From assembly GCA_963664115.2 (NCBI GenBank), contig CAXWPJ010000010.1:1-64000 (forward strand): a DNA stretch of 64,000 nt, in the 5' to 3' direction. The translations under genes and the position numbers were made by a program. Numbering within the stretch: the stretch's first letter is position 1; each line of letters starts with the position of its first letter. This stretch comes from Terriglobia bacterium. Lineage in GTDB: Bacteria; Acidobacteriota; Terriglobia; 20CM-2-55-15. Below are positions 40,956-49,784 of the stretch, piece by piece. The notes under the pieces were generated by a model, which worked only from the letters and a program-made list of their open reading frames with translations, did no database searches and was not told the origin of the DNA.

Positions 40956-43900
40956 ATGAAATCGAGAACTGTGTTTGGGCTCATTGCGCTCTCGCTCCTG
41001 ATCCTGGCCCTGTCTTGCACGAACCGCATGAGATTAGGGGCCGGACAGCAGATCGGGGGGGACGCTCAGGTTCAGGCTCTGCGTCAGAATAACTTGGCAG
41101 TGGCCTACATGAATCAGCAGCGCATCATGGATGCCTTGGAGCTTTTCGAGCAAGCCTATGCTGCCGATTCCACACTTCTGGCCCCTCGTCTGAACCAGGC
41201 CATCGCACTGTTCCACCTCCAGCGTTTCGAGGAAGCCCGCGACATCCTGGTGGAGTTCACCCGGAATCAATCCGACGACGTTCGAGCCTGGTACAACCTC
41301 GGGCTGATCTACCGGTATCTCGGGCAACCCGACCAGGCCGTGGCGGCTTTTAGCCAAGTCGTCCGACTGGACGCGGACGATCCAGATTCTCACTATTTGC
41401 TCGGTTTGATGCAGGCCCAACTCGGGCAGTATCCGGAAGCCATCACCGCCTACGAAAGGGCGCTGGAGCTGGCCGCCTACCACGCCTCGGCTGAATTCGG
41501 CATCGCCCGTGCCTACCAGGCACAAGGCCAGATTTCACAAACACAGGAACACCTGGCCCGGTTTCAGGAAATAACGCAGCAAAATTTGAGCGTACCGATG
41601 GGACTGGCTTACGGGGACCTGGGACCGTATTCCCTTGCCCAGGATGCGGGCGGCATCGCTGATCGTGCGGTTGACCCGATCGAGGTGCGTTTCAATTCTG
41701 TCGCGGCCGAAGCCGCCCTCGATTTCGTCCACAACGCGGGACCGACGCCGCAGTCCTCGCCCGCTGGCACCGTGAACCCATTGCTCGGTGCGGGGGCCTG
41801 CTTCCTGGACTATGACGCGGACGGCTGGATGGACCTGTTTTTGATCAACGGTGGAGCCGAAGCCAGTCTCTTGTACCGGAACCTCGGCAACGGCCGCTTC
41901 GCCGACGTCACAGACCTCGCCGGTCTTGACATTCGCAGTCAGGGAATGGGCTGTACGGTTGGTGATTACGACAACGATGGGCAAATCGACCTTGCAGTGA
42001 GTTCTTTAGGCGGGGTGACTCTTCTACGAAACGACGGCGGCGGGTTCGAGACCGTAACGATTGACGCGGGAATCGGCGTCGATGGCTTCCCTCTGGGCCT
42101 GACGTTCATCGACTTCGATCACGATGGCGATCTCGACCTCTACGTTTCCCGTTTCGTTGATTTTGCGCGACCGGAAGGAACCAACCCCTTCGATTTTCCG
42201 TCTGACGCTCAGGGTCCGGGCAACATGTTGTGGCGCAACAACGGGAATGGAACCTTTACCGACTGGACGACGGAGACGGCGCTGGGTGGCTCTACGCCCG
42301 GCGTCGGAGCTATCGGTACGGATCTGAACAACGATCGTGCCATCGACTTTGTCGTGACAGGTTGGAGTGAATCCCCTCAGGTTTTCCTCAATGCCAGGGA
42401 AGGAGCGTTCGACGTCATGGATTGGGGCGTCGACTTTCCCGCTCCGAGTGCCGGTGTCGCCGCAGCCGACTTCAACAAGGACGGGTGGATGGACCTCGCC
42501 TTCACCCACTGGGCATCGCCGGGGCTGAGCCTGTGGCGCAATGTTGACGGCCGCGGATTTGAACCCATAACGCTCCCGGATCCCGGTTGGGAGCGGGGCT
42601 GGGGGCTGGCCCCCATCGACTATGACAACGATGGGTGGGTGGATCTGGCGGTTTCCGGGGAAACCTCTGGAGGCGGGGAGATTCGCGTGTTTCGGAACCG
42701 TGGGACGGACGGGTTCGAAGATGTCACCTCTGCTGTCGGGCTCGCCGACCTGGGTCCAACCGCACCGCGCGCCCTCGTGAGCGCTGACTACGACAACGAC
42801 GGCGATCCAGACCTGCTGGCGACTCAGAACGGCGGGCCGGCACTCCTGCTGCGAAACGATGGTGGAAACGACAATTCCTGGTTACGCGTGGACCTGGAAG
42901 GCCTGAACGACAACCGGAGCGCGATCGGCACGAAAGTAGAAGTCTTTGCAGGCTTGCTCCGGCAAAAGATAGAAATTGCGGGTGCATCGGGATATCTGGG
43001 ACAGAGCGCCTTACCGGTCACGGCAGGCCTCGGTCAGAACTCCGAAGTGGATACGGTAAGAATGCTGTGGCCCACCGGCGTGCTTCAGGATGAAGTCCAA
43101 CTCCAAACGCGCCAGCAGCACACTGTGGTGGAGATCGATCGCCGCGGAAGTTCGTGTCCCGTGCTCTTCGTCTGGAATGGTGAGGAATACGAGTTCATTA
43201 CTGATGTCATCGGTGCCGGTATCGCAGGTCACTGGGTCGGACCCGGCCAGCGAAACGTTTCTGACCCCACTGAGTACGTCAAAGTATCCGGTTCGAGCGT
43301 GCGGTCTCGCGACGGCCGATTGAGTTTTCGGCTGGCCGAGCCGATGGAGGAAGTGGTATTCCTGGATCAAGTCCGCCTGTTGGCCGTCGACCATCCCTCT
43401 GATGTGGACGTCTACCCCCACGAATATTTCGCCGGCGCCCCGCCTTTCCCTGAATTCCAGGTGATTGCCAGCCGCAGCGCCCATCTCCCGATAGGGGCGT
43501 GGGACGATGCGGGCCGAAACGTTCTGCCGGAACTGACGGAAAGGGATCGCCGATATGTGATGTTTGAATCCGCGGCCTTCAAAGGCTTTGGGGAAACTCA
43601 TTCCCTTGAACTGGATCTAGGGGCTTTGGACACGAACGGCCCGGTGCGGTTGCTAATGCACGGCTTCGTCGATTACTTCACACCGACTTCAGTCTTTGCG
43701 GCGCATCAGGCCGGTGTCGAGGCGATTCTTCCTTACGTCGAGGCCCTCGATTCGTCGGGGCGATGGGTCCGCGTAATGGATGATCTTGGGTTTCCCGCCG
43801 GTCTGGCACGTACCATGACGCGCGATATCACGGGACGGCTTCCAGAGGGTACCGAGCGTATTCGAATTACGACCAACCTTAAGATCTACTGGGATCAGAT

Positions 43901-44456
43901 TCTGATCGATGCAACGTCGGACGCCGGCCCGGTACGGTTGACGGAAGTTCCCCTGGATGCGGCAACGCTGGCCTGGCGCGGCTACCCTAGAGAAATTTCA
44001 GGGCGTATTAGGGCCGACGTAACCTACGCCTATGACGACGTCAGCCCAACGGGTCCGTACGCGAAACACGCAGGAAACTATACGCGGTTCGGAGACGTCG
44101 GTCCTCTTTTGGAAGTTGCAGACGATTTTTTCGTTATTTTTGGTTCCGGAGAGGAAGTGGCTCTCGAGTTCGACCCATCCGGGTTGTCCGAACTCCCCGA
44201 AGGCTGGAGTCGCGACTATTTCTTTTATGCAGACGGCTTCGAAAAGGACATGGACTTTTACGCAGCCTATTCCGCCACGGTGGAGCCCCTGCCGTTTCAC
44301 ACCGAGGAACCCTATCCTTACACGTCGGGAAAAGAATATCCGCTGACCGGCGAGTATCTGGAGTATCAGCTCCGCGAGAACACCAGACATCAATCGGGCC
44401 TGCCGGGGCCTGCATATCGAGCCGAGTACGGGACGGAGCAAAGACAAGCCGACTAG
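40956..44456 (+). CDS. Lipoprotein: TPR + FG-GAP + ASPIC/UnbV + long C-terminal extension
   Basis: LALSC lipobox, N-terminal TPRs, DxDxDG loops, NRSAIGTKV, then a GSSCPVLF extension domain. Confidence 0.88.
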   Translation: MKSRTVFGLIALSLLILALSCTNRMRLGAGQQIGGDAQVQALRQNNLAVAYMNQQRIMDALELFEQAYAADSTLLAPRLNQAIALFHLQRFEEARDILVEFTRNQSDDVRAWYNLGLIYRYLGQPDQAVAAFSQVVRLDADDPDSHYLLGLMQAQLGQYPEAITAYERALELAAYHASAEFGIARAYQAQGQISQTQEHLARFQEITQQNLSVPMGLAYGDLGPYSLAQDAGGIADRAVDPIEVRFNSVAAEAALDFVHNAGPTPQSSPAGTVNPLLGAGACFLDYDADGWMDLFLINGGAEASLLYRNLGNGRFADVTDLAGLDIRSQGMGCTVGDYDNDGQIDLAVSSLGGVTLLRNDGGGFETVTIDAGIGVDGFPLGLTFIDFDHDGDLDLYVSRFVDFARPEGTNPFDFPSDAQGPGNMLWRNNGNGTFTDWTTETALGGSTPGVGAIGTDLNNDRAIDFVVTGWSESPQVFLNAREGAFDVMDWGVDFPAPSAGVAAADFNKDGWMDLAFTHWASPGLSLWRNVDGRGFEPITLPDPGWERGWGLAPIDYDNDGWVDLAVSGETSGGGEIRVFRNRGTDGFEDVTSAVGLADLGPTAPRALVSADYDNDGDPDLLATQNGGPALLLRNDGGNDNSWLRVDLEGLNDNRSAIGTKVEVFAGLLRQKIEIAGASGYLGQSALPVTAGLGQNSEVDTVRMLWPTGVLQDEVQLQTRQQHTVVEIDRRGSSCPVLFVWNGEEYEFITDVIGAGIAGHWVGPGQRNVSDPTEYVKVSGSSVRSRDGRLSFRLAEPMEEVVFLDQVRLLAVDHPSDVDVYPHEYFAGAPPFPEFQVIASRSAHLPIGAWDDAGRNVLPELTERDRRYVMFESAAFKGFGETHSLELDLGALDTNGPVRLLMHGFVDYFTPTSVFAAHQAGVEAILPYVEALDSSGRWVRVMDDLGFPAGLARTMTRDITGRLPEGTERIRITTNLKIYWDQILIDATSDAGPVRLTEVPLDAATLAWRGYPREISGRIRADVTYAYDDVSPTGPYAKHAGNYTRFGDVGPLLEVADDFFVIFGSGEEVALEFDPSGLSELPEGWSRDYFFYADGFEKDMDFYAAYSATVEPLPFHTEEPYPYTSGKEYPLTGEYLEYQLRENTRHQSGLPGPAYRAEYGTEQRQAD

Positions 44457-44536
44457 CTGGAAGAAGTCCCCCGACACACCCCCGATGAATCCAGCGTCTC
44501 GACTCCCTGTTGCCCCAGTCAAGAACCGCTTCGGAC

Positions 44537-44725
44537 AAGGTTGCTGCCCGAGACCCCCAGCGGTTGGAACGTCTGGCTCGATACTGCGCCCGGCCACCGA
44601 TCGCGATGGAACGTCTCGAACCGCTGGCATACGGACGACTGCTCTATCGTTTCAAGCACCCCTGGCGGGACGGGACGACAGATGTGGTCTTTGAAGGGTT
44701 GAGGCTGCTGGAAAAACTTTCGGCG
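44537..44725 (+). pseudogene. Remnant of an IS91/ISCR-type rolling-circle (Y2) transposase
   Basis: RLERLARYCARPPIAMERL...GRLLYRFKHPWRDGTTDVVFE...LLEKL matches the conserved C-terminal block of this family; no start context and no HUH part. Confidence 0.78.
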
Positions 44726-44731
44726 AGTTGT

Positions 44732-44797
44732 GTGCGCTCATAGAGCGCACCTACAGAAGACGGCTGATACCGGCCTCTCTCCTACTGTAGGTGCGGT
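44732..44797. repeat. Second copy of the REP element (one full palindrome, spacer, truncated next unit)
   Basis: GTGCGCTCATAGAGCGCACCTACAGAAGACG is identical to 32411-32441; the spacer and CTGTAGGTGCGGT are also homologous. Confidence 0.85.
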
Positions 44798-44867
44798 GGC
44801 GGAAGGTCGAAGTCCGGGGGCTCCAGGACTACGGTGAGCTTCCGCCATTTGTTTACCGCAGGGCGTC

Positions 44868-44899
44868 GGAGCTTCGAGCGATCCACTGCTCGAAGCTCC
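44868..44899. terminator. Perfect 12 bp hairpin between convergent transcription units
   Basis: GGAGCTTCGAGC-N8-GCTCGAAGCTCC, 23 nt past the stop at 44923; U-tract is weak. Confidence 0.5.
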
Positions 44900-44922
44900 A
44901 ACTTTAGTGCCGGATACCGGGG

Positions 44923-45726
44923 TTAGTTGAGGACGCCGCCCGCGGGATCTCTCACCCTGCGGTTGAACGTGTCCACCTCGTCCCACGGGGCACAGAATTC
45001 CTCCCACAAGCCCGGCCAATCCTCGGCTCCCAGTGATTCTGGCGTGATCTTATACCAGGTTTTCTTATCGGCCACCCAGGGTTCGGGATAGGTCATCGGG
45101 TCGTTGATCACCATCTCGAGCTCTATGGCGTTCTCGGCCGTGCGTGTGTACCGCTCAGTCAGCCGCATGTCCGGGCTATGCACATTCCCATGGTGATCGA
45201 GCCAGGTTCTGCCATCGTCTTCATAACCAGCCGTCTCCACAACGAGGGTGTTCCCCTCCCACCTGCCGGCCGAGTACCCCAGCCACCTTCGGATACCGGG
45301 GTCAAAATCCTCCGGAATGACACGCCCATCCATCCAGATTTCGCGATGCACGCGATGCCACTGGAAAACCTGGATCAGCTTGTTATCGAGCATGATCCAC
45401 TCAGACGGTCGGGGAAATAACAGGATTCTTGGGACGCCCATCGGATTACAGTTACCAACGGGATCATTCCCCGATCCAGTGGCTGGGGGAACGTTTCTGG
45501 GTCCATATCCAGGCCGAGTCGCCTCGAATTGCGCCCGTCCCGAAGCTGTCATCGGAGGAGGCGAGCCTCCCCTTTCATAAATCTCGCGGCTTCCGCCGTT
45601 TGGGCCGGCGGCCCTATCCCAAAAGCCCGTAAAGTCGCGCGGATCATACTCCTGAGCGAGCGCGACCGAGGAAAGGAGCAGCGTTGCCACGAAGACAACG
45701 ACCAAACTCATAAAGCAATTGCGCAT
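44923..45726 (-). CDS. Secreted hypothetical protein, DUF6152-partner family (copy 3)
   Basis: ALA|Q signal; DFTGFW, CNPMG, REIWMDGR, WLGYSAGRWEGNTLVVET, TERY, DP, EEFC; GGAGGT RBS. Confidence 0.82.
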   Translation of the reverse strand: MRNCFMSLVVVFVATLLLSSVALAQEYDPRDFTGFWDRAAGPNGGSREIYERGGSPPPMTASGRAQFEATRPGYGPRNVPPATGSGNDPVGNCNPMGVPRILLFPRPSEWIMLDNKLIQVFQWHRVHREIWMDGRVIPEDFDPGIRRWLGYSAGRWEGNTLVVETAGYEDDGRTWLDHHGNVHSPDMRLTERYTRTAENAIELEMVINDPMTYPEPWVADKKTWYKITPESLGAEDWPGLWEEFCAPWDEVDTFNRRVRDPAGGVLN

Positions 45727-45880
45727 GGTGGTATACCTCCAGCTTATATCTTGTTTCAAACCCACTCCGAATGTGCTCTGGGCCCGCATCGGCATACAGC
45801 AGCCAGACGGTGCCCGTCGTCTGTTTGAAGTCGACTTCACTATTCCTGGGCGGGGCGAGCAAGGCCTCATATCATGGTGA

Positions 45881-46279
45881 CTAGTTTTCAGTCTCCATCA
45901 CTAATTCTCTACCGTTGGGAAGCACGATCTTCGAGACGACGCCCAGCGGCCTGCCATCTCTGGCAGGGAACATGGTCACTGCAACTTCATTCCCCGGTCT
46001 CAGAGAACCCCGGTTCCAACCCGCCCTGCTCCAATAGTAGACACTGCTGCCTTCTACCGCCCAATTCACAACGTTGCCCGCATCGTCAGTCACGTCAATG
46101 GAAAACTGGACATGGGGATTGGCGAATTTCCATTCGGTCACGGTTCCCGTCAACGTGACTTGCTGCTCCGTGTCGTAGGTCACGTAGATCCCGTGGTGTG
46201 CCCAAGCCGGGATTGAGGCCATGACGCTGATCGCAACAATCAAAGCTGCCAGGGCCGAGTTTTTCAGGTCGTATTCCAT
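45881..46279 (-). CDS. DUF6152-like secreted protein (copy 4)
   Basis: AWA|HHG, GTVTEWKFANPH, WAVEG, RAGW. Confidence 0.85.
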   Translation of the reverse strand: MEYDLKNSALAALIVAISVMASIPAWAHHGIYVTYDTEQQVTLTGTVTEWKFANPHVQFSIDVTDDAGNVVNWAVEGSSVYYWSRAGWNRGSLRPGNEVAVTMFPARDGRPLGVVSKIVLPNGRELVMETEN

Positions 46280-46436
46280 CTCGTCCTTGTGCCGGGTGAT
46301 GCCAAGTGTGCCTCTTGGGGCGTCGCGTGCGAAAAGACCCCGACTTTGCAATATTCTAGAACGTCACTTCCCGCAGAGGGAGGTCTAATTCCGATTCAGC
46401 GCCGGCTGCAGATCTCCGGCAGTCGCATCGCATTCC

Positions 46437-46871
46437 CTAACAGTCTTGCGGCCCAGGTCTCGGGTTCAGCCCGCAGGCCATTCGGCCGTCGGGAAATCGG
46501 TCATTGGCATTGATGACCAGCTTTGACATAACGCCCACGGGGCTTCCCGCTTTTGAGGGAGACATGGTGACGACTACCTGGTCCCCCGCTTCGACGCTCG
46601 ACCTGTTCCAGCCCGCCCGCGTCCAATAATAGACGCCGCCCCCTTCCACTGCCCACGCGACCACTTGACCGTTTTCGTCCGTCACGTCCAGATAAAGCTG
46701 GATATGGGGGCTGCGAAAATTCCATTCCGTCACGACCCCCCGAATTTCAACATCTTGGTCCATGAAATACGAGATCGCGGTCCCATGGTGAGCTAAAACT
46801 GGAACTGCAACCACGAAAAGACCCAGGGTCACCGACAAAAGAGCGACCCATTTCCTCTTGTCACGCTCCAT
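46437..46871 (-). CDS. DUF6152-like secreted protein (copy 5)
   Basis: VLA|HHG, GVVTEWNFRSPH, WAVEG, YYWTRAGW; tandem paralogue of copy 4. Confidence 0.85.
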   Translation of the reverse strand: MERDKRKWVALLSVTLGLFVVAVPVLAHHGTAISYFMDQDVEIRGVVTEWNFRSPHIQLYLDVTDENGQVVAWAVEGGGVYYWTRAGWNRSSVEAGDQVVVTMSPSKAGSPVGVMSKLVINANDRFPDGRMACGLNPRPGPQDC

Positions 46872-47129
46872 GTGCTCTCTCCTTGAATATGTTCACTGAT
46901 CTTATATTGATGTGGACAAGCGCTTTGATTTCCCGCGCACTTACTGATGAATTTTCTGAAAAATTCAAGGCTGATTGTAAACCTGCAGGCTTGATCTTTC
47001 AAGGCTTTCCAGACCGAACCACCGCCAGGGGACGGACACTTCCGAATCCCTCCTGTATTCTGAAGTGTCCGTCTCCTGGCCGTGGATTTGGCCGTATAAT
47101 TGTTGCCATTTGTTCGTGGAGGCGTTTGC

Positions 47130-49622
47130 TTGAAAGTCCCGGCCGCTCTGATGATCCTGATTTTGGTCCTGCCCGGCTTCGTGTTTGCCCAGGACGGAAC
47201 GCTGGCGGCTGAGAACCCTCTGGCAGTCTTGAAACTGGAAGTCGAGCGCGTCCTGGAAGAGGCGGCACTGCCGTTCTCCGACGCACAGGAGGACGCCATC
47301 ATCCTCATGATGGAAGACCGGCGGCAGGCCTCGGAAGAGTTGTTTGGCGACCTGATGGACTTCAGCGCGGGCCCAACCCAGGGTCAGGCGTCGGACCGGC
47401 TGCGCTCGGCTATCGAGTACATGGAAAACGAGTTTCTTGCGCGTCTGGAGGACTACCTCACTGCCCCCCAGCTCGCCGCATGGAGCTTGCACCTGGAAAC
47501 GACCGAATCGCCGGTCAACGTGGCACTGGAACAGGATAGTCCGCAACAGCAGACCCAATACGTTCGTCTCAACCCGAACGTATTCACCGCCGAGGAAGGG
47601 CTCTACCGGATCGGCGGTGGTCCGCGCCGGGCGGAAGTCATCGAACGGGGCGGGGCCGGCGCGTTTCACGGCAACGCGCAGTTCCTGATCATCGACGAAT
47701 CCTTGAACGCGGGCCGGCGGTCCTACAACCGGGGCCAGCGAGTACCCACCGTTAAGCCCCCGTATCAGGAGCGCGACACGAGTTTCGATATCAGTGGGCC
47801 TGTTCTTCCGGGCCGGTTGACGATGAGCTTCGCGGGTCGCCAGAACGAGGCGGAGAACGTCGACACCATCAACGCCACGCTGGCCAATGGCTCTCCGTTC
47901 TCCAGTGAAATCGTCCGGCCGACGACGCACCGCTTCCTATCCACCGGAGGGACCTACCAGTTCGCTGACGCCCACTCGCTGACGTTCAACCTGGAATACG
48001 CCCCGTACACGGCGAAGAATCAAGGCATCGGAGGTTTCGTGTTGCCCGAACGCGCCTGGGCAAGCGAGGGCCACAGCTGGATTGTGGACCTGAAACAGTT
48101 CTCGTCATTGTCGGCCCGAAGCATTTATGAAATGCGGTTCCAGGTCAACACCAGCCACGCAGAAACGATCCCAACCACCACCGGGGTGCGGACCGACGTC
48201 GTCGACGCATTCAGCAGCGGTGGCTCCGGGAACCGGACCGAGAGCGACAACCGCAACTACGAAATCGGCAACCTGTACACACGGATCGGGGAAGGCACGA
48301 CCCTCCGCTTCGGCTTCGACGGAATCTATCGCAAGAACAAGGCACTTTCCACGGCCAACTTCGACGGAACCTTTACGTTTTCCAGCCTGGACGACTTCAA
48401 CCAGGGACGGCCGTTCCAGTACCGGGTGGCGCAGGGTGAACCGTTGCTTGAAACCACGCAGACAGAGCTGGCGTTCTTCATGCAGAACGACTGGCGGCTG
48501 ACCCCGGAGTTGACGTTCTATTACGGGTTTCGCTATGACTGGCAAACGAATCTGGATGACGCCGATAACTTCGGCCCCCGGTTGGGATTGGCCTATGCCC
48601 TGGGTCAGGCCACGGTCATACGCAGCGGCCTCGGCGTTTTCTACAGCAGCCTGGGCATCGACCTGGTGGAGAACCAGCGTCGGCTGGACGGCACACGCCA
48701 GTTCGAGACCGTCATCGCGGCGCCCTCCTATCCCGATCCCTTCAATTCCGGAACCGTTCAGAACCTGTTGCCCTCAGTCCGAGTGACCGACCCGACCCTG
48801 TCGGCACCGTATGCCAGCGCCGGATTGATTTCGATCGAACGGACGTTTCTGACCAACCTGTTCGTGAGCGCCACATATGAGTACTTGCACGAAGTACACC
48901 GGCTGCGCTTCAGGGACCTGAATGCGCCGCGTGACATCACCTCGCCCGTGCCGCGTTCCTGCACGAAGGATCAGAGCGCGGAAACATGTGTTCGCCCCGA
49001 TCCGACGAAGGAAGAGATCCTCAACCTCGAAGCGACGATGGCACAGATCCAACATTCGCTTCGGTTCATCTATCGGCAGAGGTTCAGCATCTTCAACGTG
49101 TCGGCAAACTACCAGTATCAAAGAGGCCACTCCGACGGCCGTCCAAATGCGGCCGGCTTTCTTCCTTCCGATCCCTACGATCTCCAGGCGGATTGGGCTC
49201 GCGCGCGCTTCTTTCCGACGAACACCCTGGCCAGCACCATTAACGCGCAACTCCCGCTCGGTATCTTCCTGACTGGGACGCTGTCGGCCAACAGCGGCCC
49301 CCGTTTCAACATCACGACCGGAACCGACGATAATCAGGACGGCCATCTGACCGACCGGCCTCCGGGAATCCCGCGAAACGCGGGCGATGCACCGAAGTTT
49401 GTCAGTTTCGGCTTCAATATCTCGAAGGCCTTCTTCTTTGAGGGGACAGGCGGAACGAGCGCCACGCGGACCAACCTCAATGTGTTCGCCAATATCACAA
49501 ACGCTTTCAACAACGTCAACTTCAGCCTGCCTTCGGGCGTAATGACCTCACCCAATTTCGGCCTGTCAACCAGCGCACAGGATCCTCGGCTCATCGAAAT
49601 CGGTCTCCGCTTCCAATTCTGA
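47130..49622 (+). CDS. TonB-dependent-receptor-like outer-membrane barrel with helical N-domain (copy A)
   Basis: Signal peptide; FHGNAQF...DESLNA, FMQNDWR, GFRYDWQ, FGPRLGLAY, PRLIEIGLRFQF end. Probable TTG start after GGAGG. Confidence 0.85.
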   Translation: MKVPAALMILILVLPGFVFAQDGTLAAENPLAVLKLEVERVLEEAALPFSDAQEDAIILMMEDRRQASEELFGDLMDFSAGPTQGQASDRLRSAIEYMENEFLARLEDYLTAPQLAAWSLHLETTESPVNVALEQDSPQQQTQYVRLNPNVFTAEEGLYRIGGGPRRAEVIERGGAGAFHGNAQFLIIDESLNAGRRSYNRGQRVPTVKPPYQERDTSFDISGPVLPGRLTMSFAGRQNEAENVDTINATLANGSPFSSEIVRPTTHRFLSTGGTYQFADAHSLTFNLEYAPYTAKNQGIGGFVLPERAWASEGHSWIVDLKQFSSLSARSIYEMRFQVNTSHAETIPTTTGVRTDVVDAFSSGGSGNRTESDNRNYEIGNLYTRIGEGTTLRFGFDGIYRKNKALSTANFDGTFTFSSLDDFNQGRPFQYRVAQGEPLLETTQTELAFFMQNDWRLTPELTFYYGFRYDWQTNLDDADNFGPRLGLAYALGQATVIRSGLGVFYSSLGIDLVENQRRLDGTRQFETVIAAPSYPDPFNSGTVQNLLPSVRVTDPTLSAPYASAGLISIERTFLTNLFVSATYEYLHEVHRLRFRDLNAPRDITSPVPRSCTKDQSAETCVRPDPTKEEILNLEATMAQIQHSLRFIYRQRFSIFNVSANYQYQRGHSDGRPNAAGFLPSDPYDLQADWARARFFPTNTLASTINAQLPLGIFLTGTLSANSGPRFNITTGTDDNQDGHLTDRPPGIPRNAGDAPKFVSFGFNISKAFFFEGTGGTSATRTNLNVFANITNAFNNVNFSLPSGVMTSPNFGLSTSAQDPRLIEIGLRFQF

Positions 49623-49784
49623 GTGCCATTCCCATCCGCTCTCCCAGCATCGGCAAATGATATTCTGTCCTGAACCTTAGAAAACGGCACGCCTGAAGAC
49701 TGTTCTCGCTGCCCGTTTCATTCGATCAGTTCGGCCATGGATTTGGCCATATAATTGTTGCCATTTGCTGGTGGAGGCATTTGC

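Noticed and set aside
32670-44456. Enediyne biosynthetic cluster, suggested by UnbV domains
   Set aside because: No PKS, thioesterase or other cassette genes in the window.
46884-46895. Shared operator GAATATGTTCA (also near 5804) and palindrome ATGAATATTCAT at 57408-57419
   Set aside because: Short AT-rich matches that could arise by chance; not found at the other module promoters.
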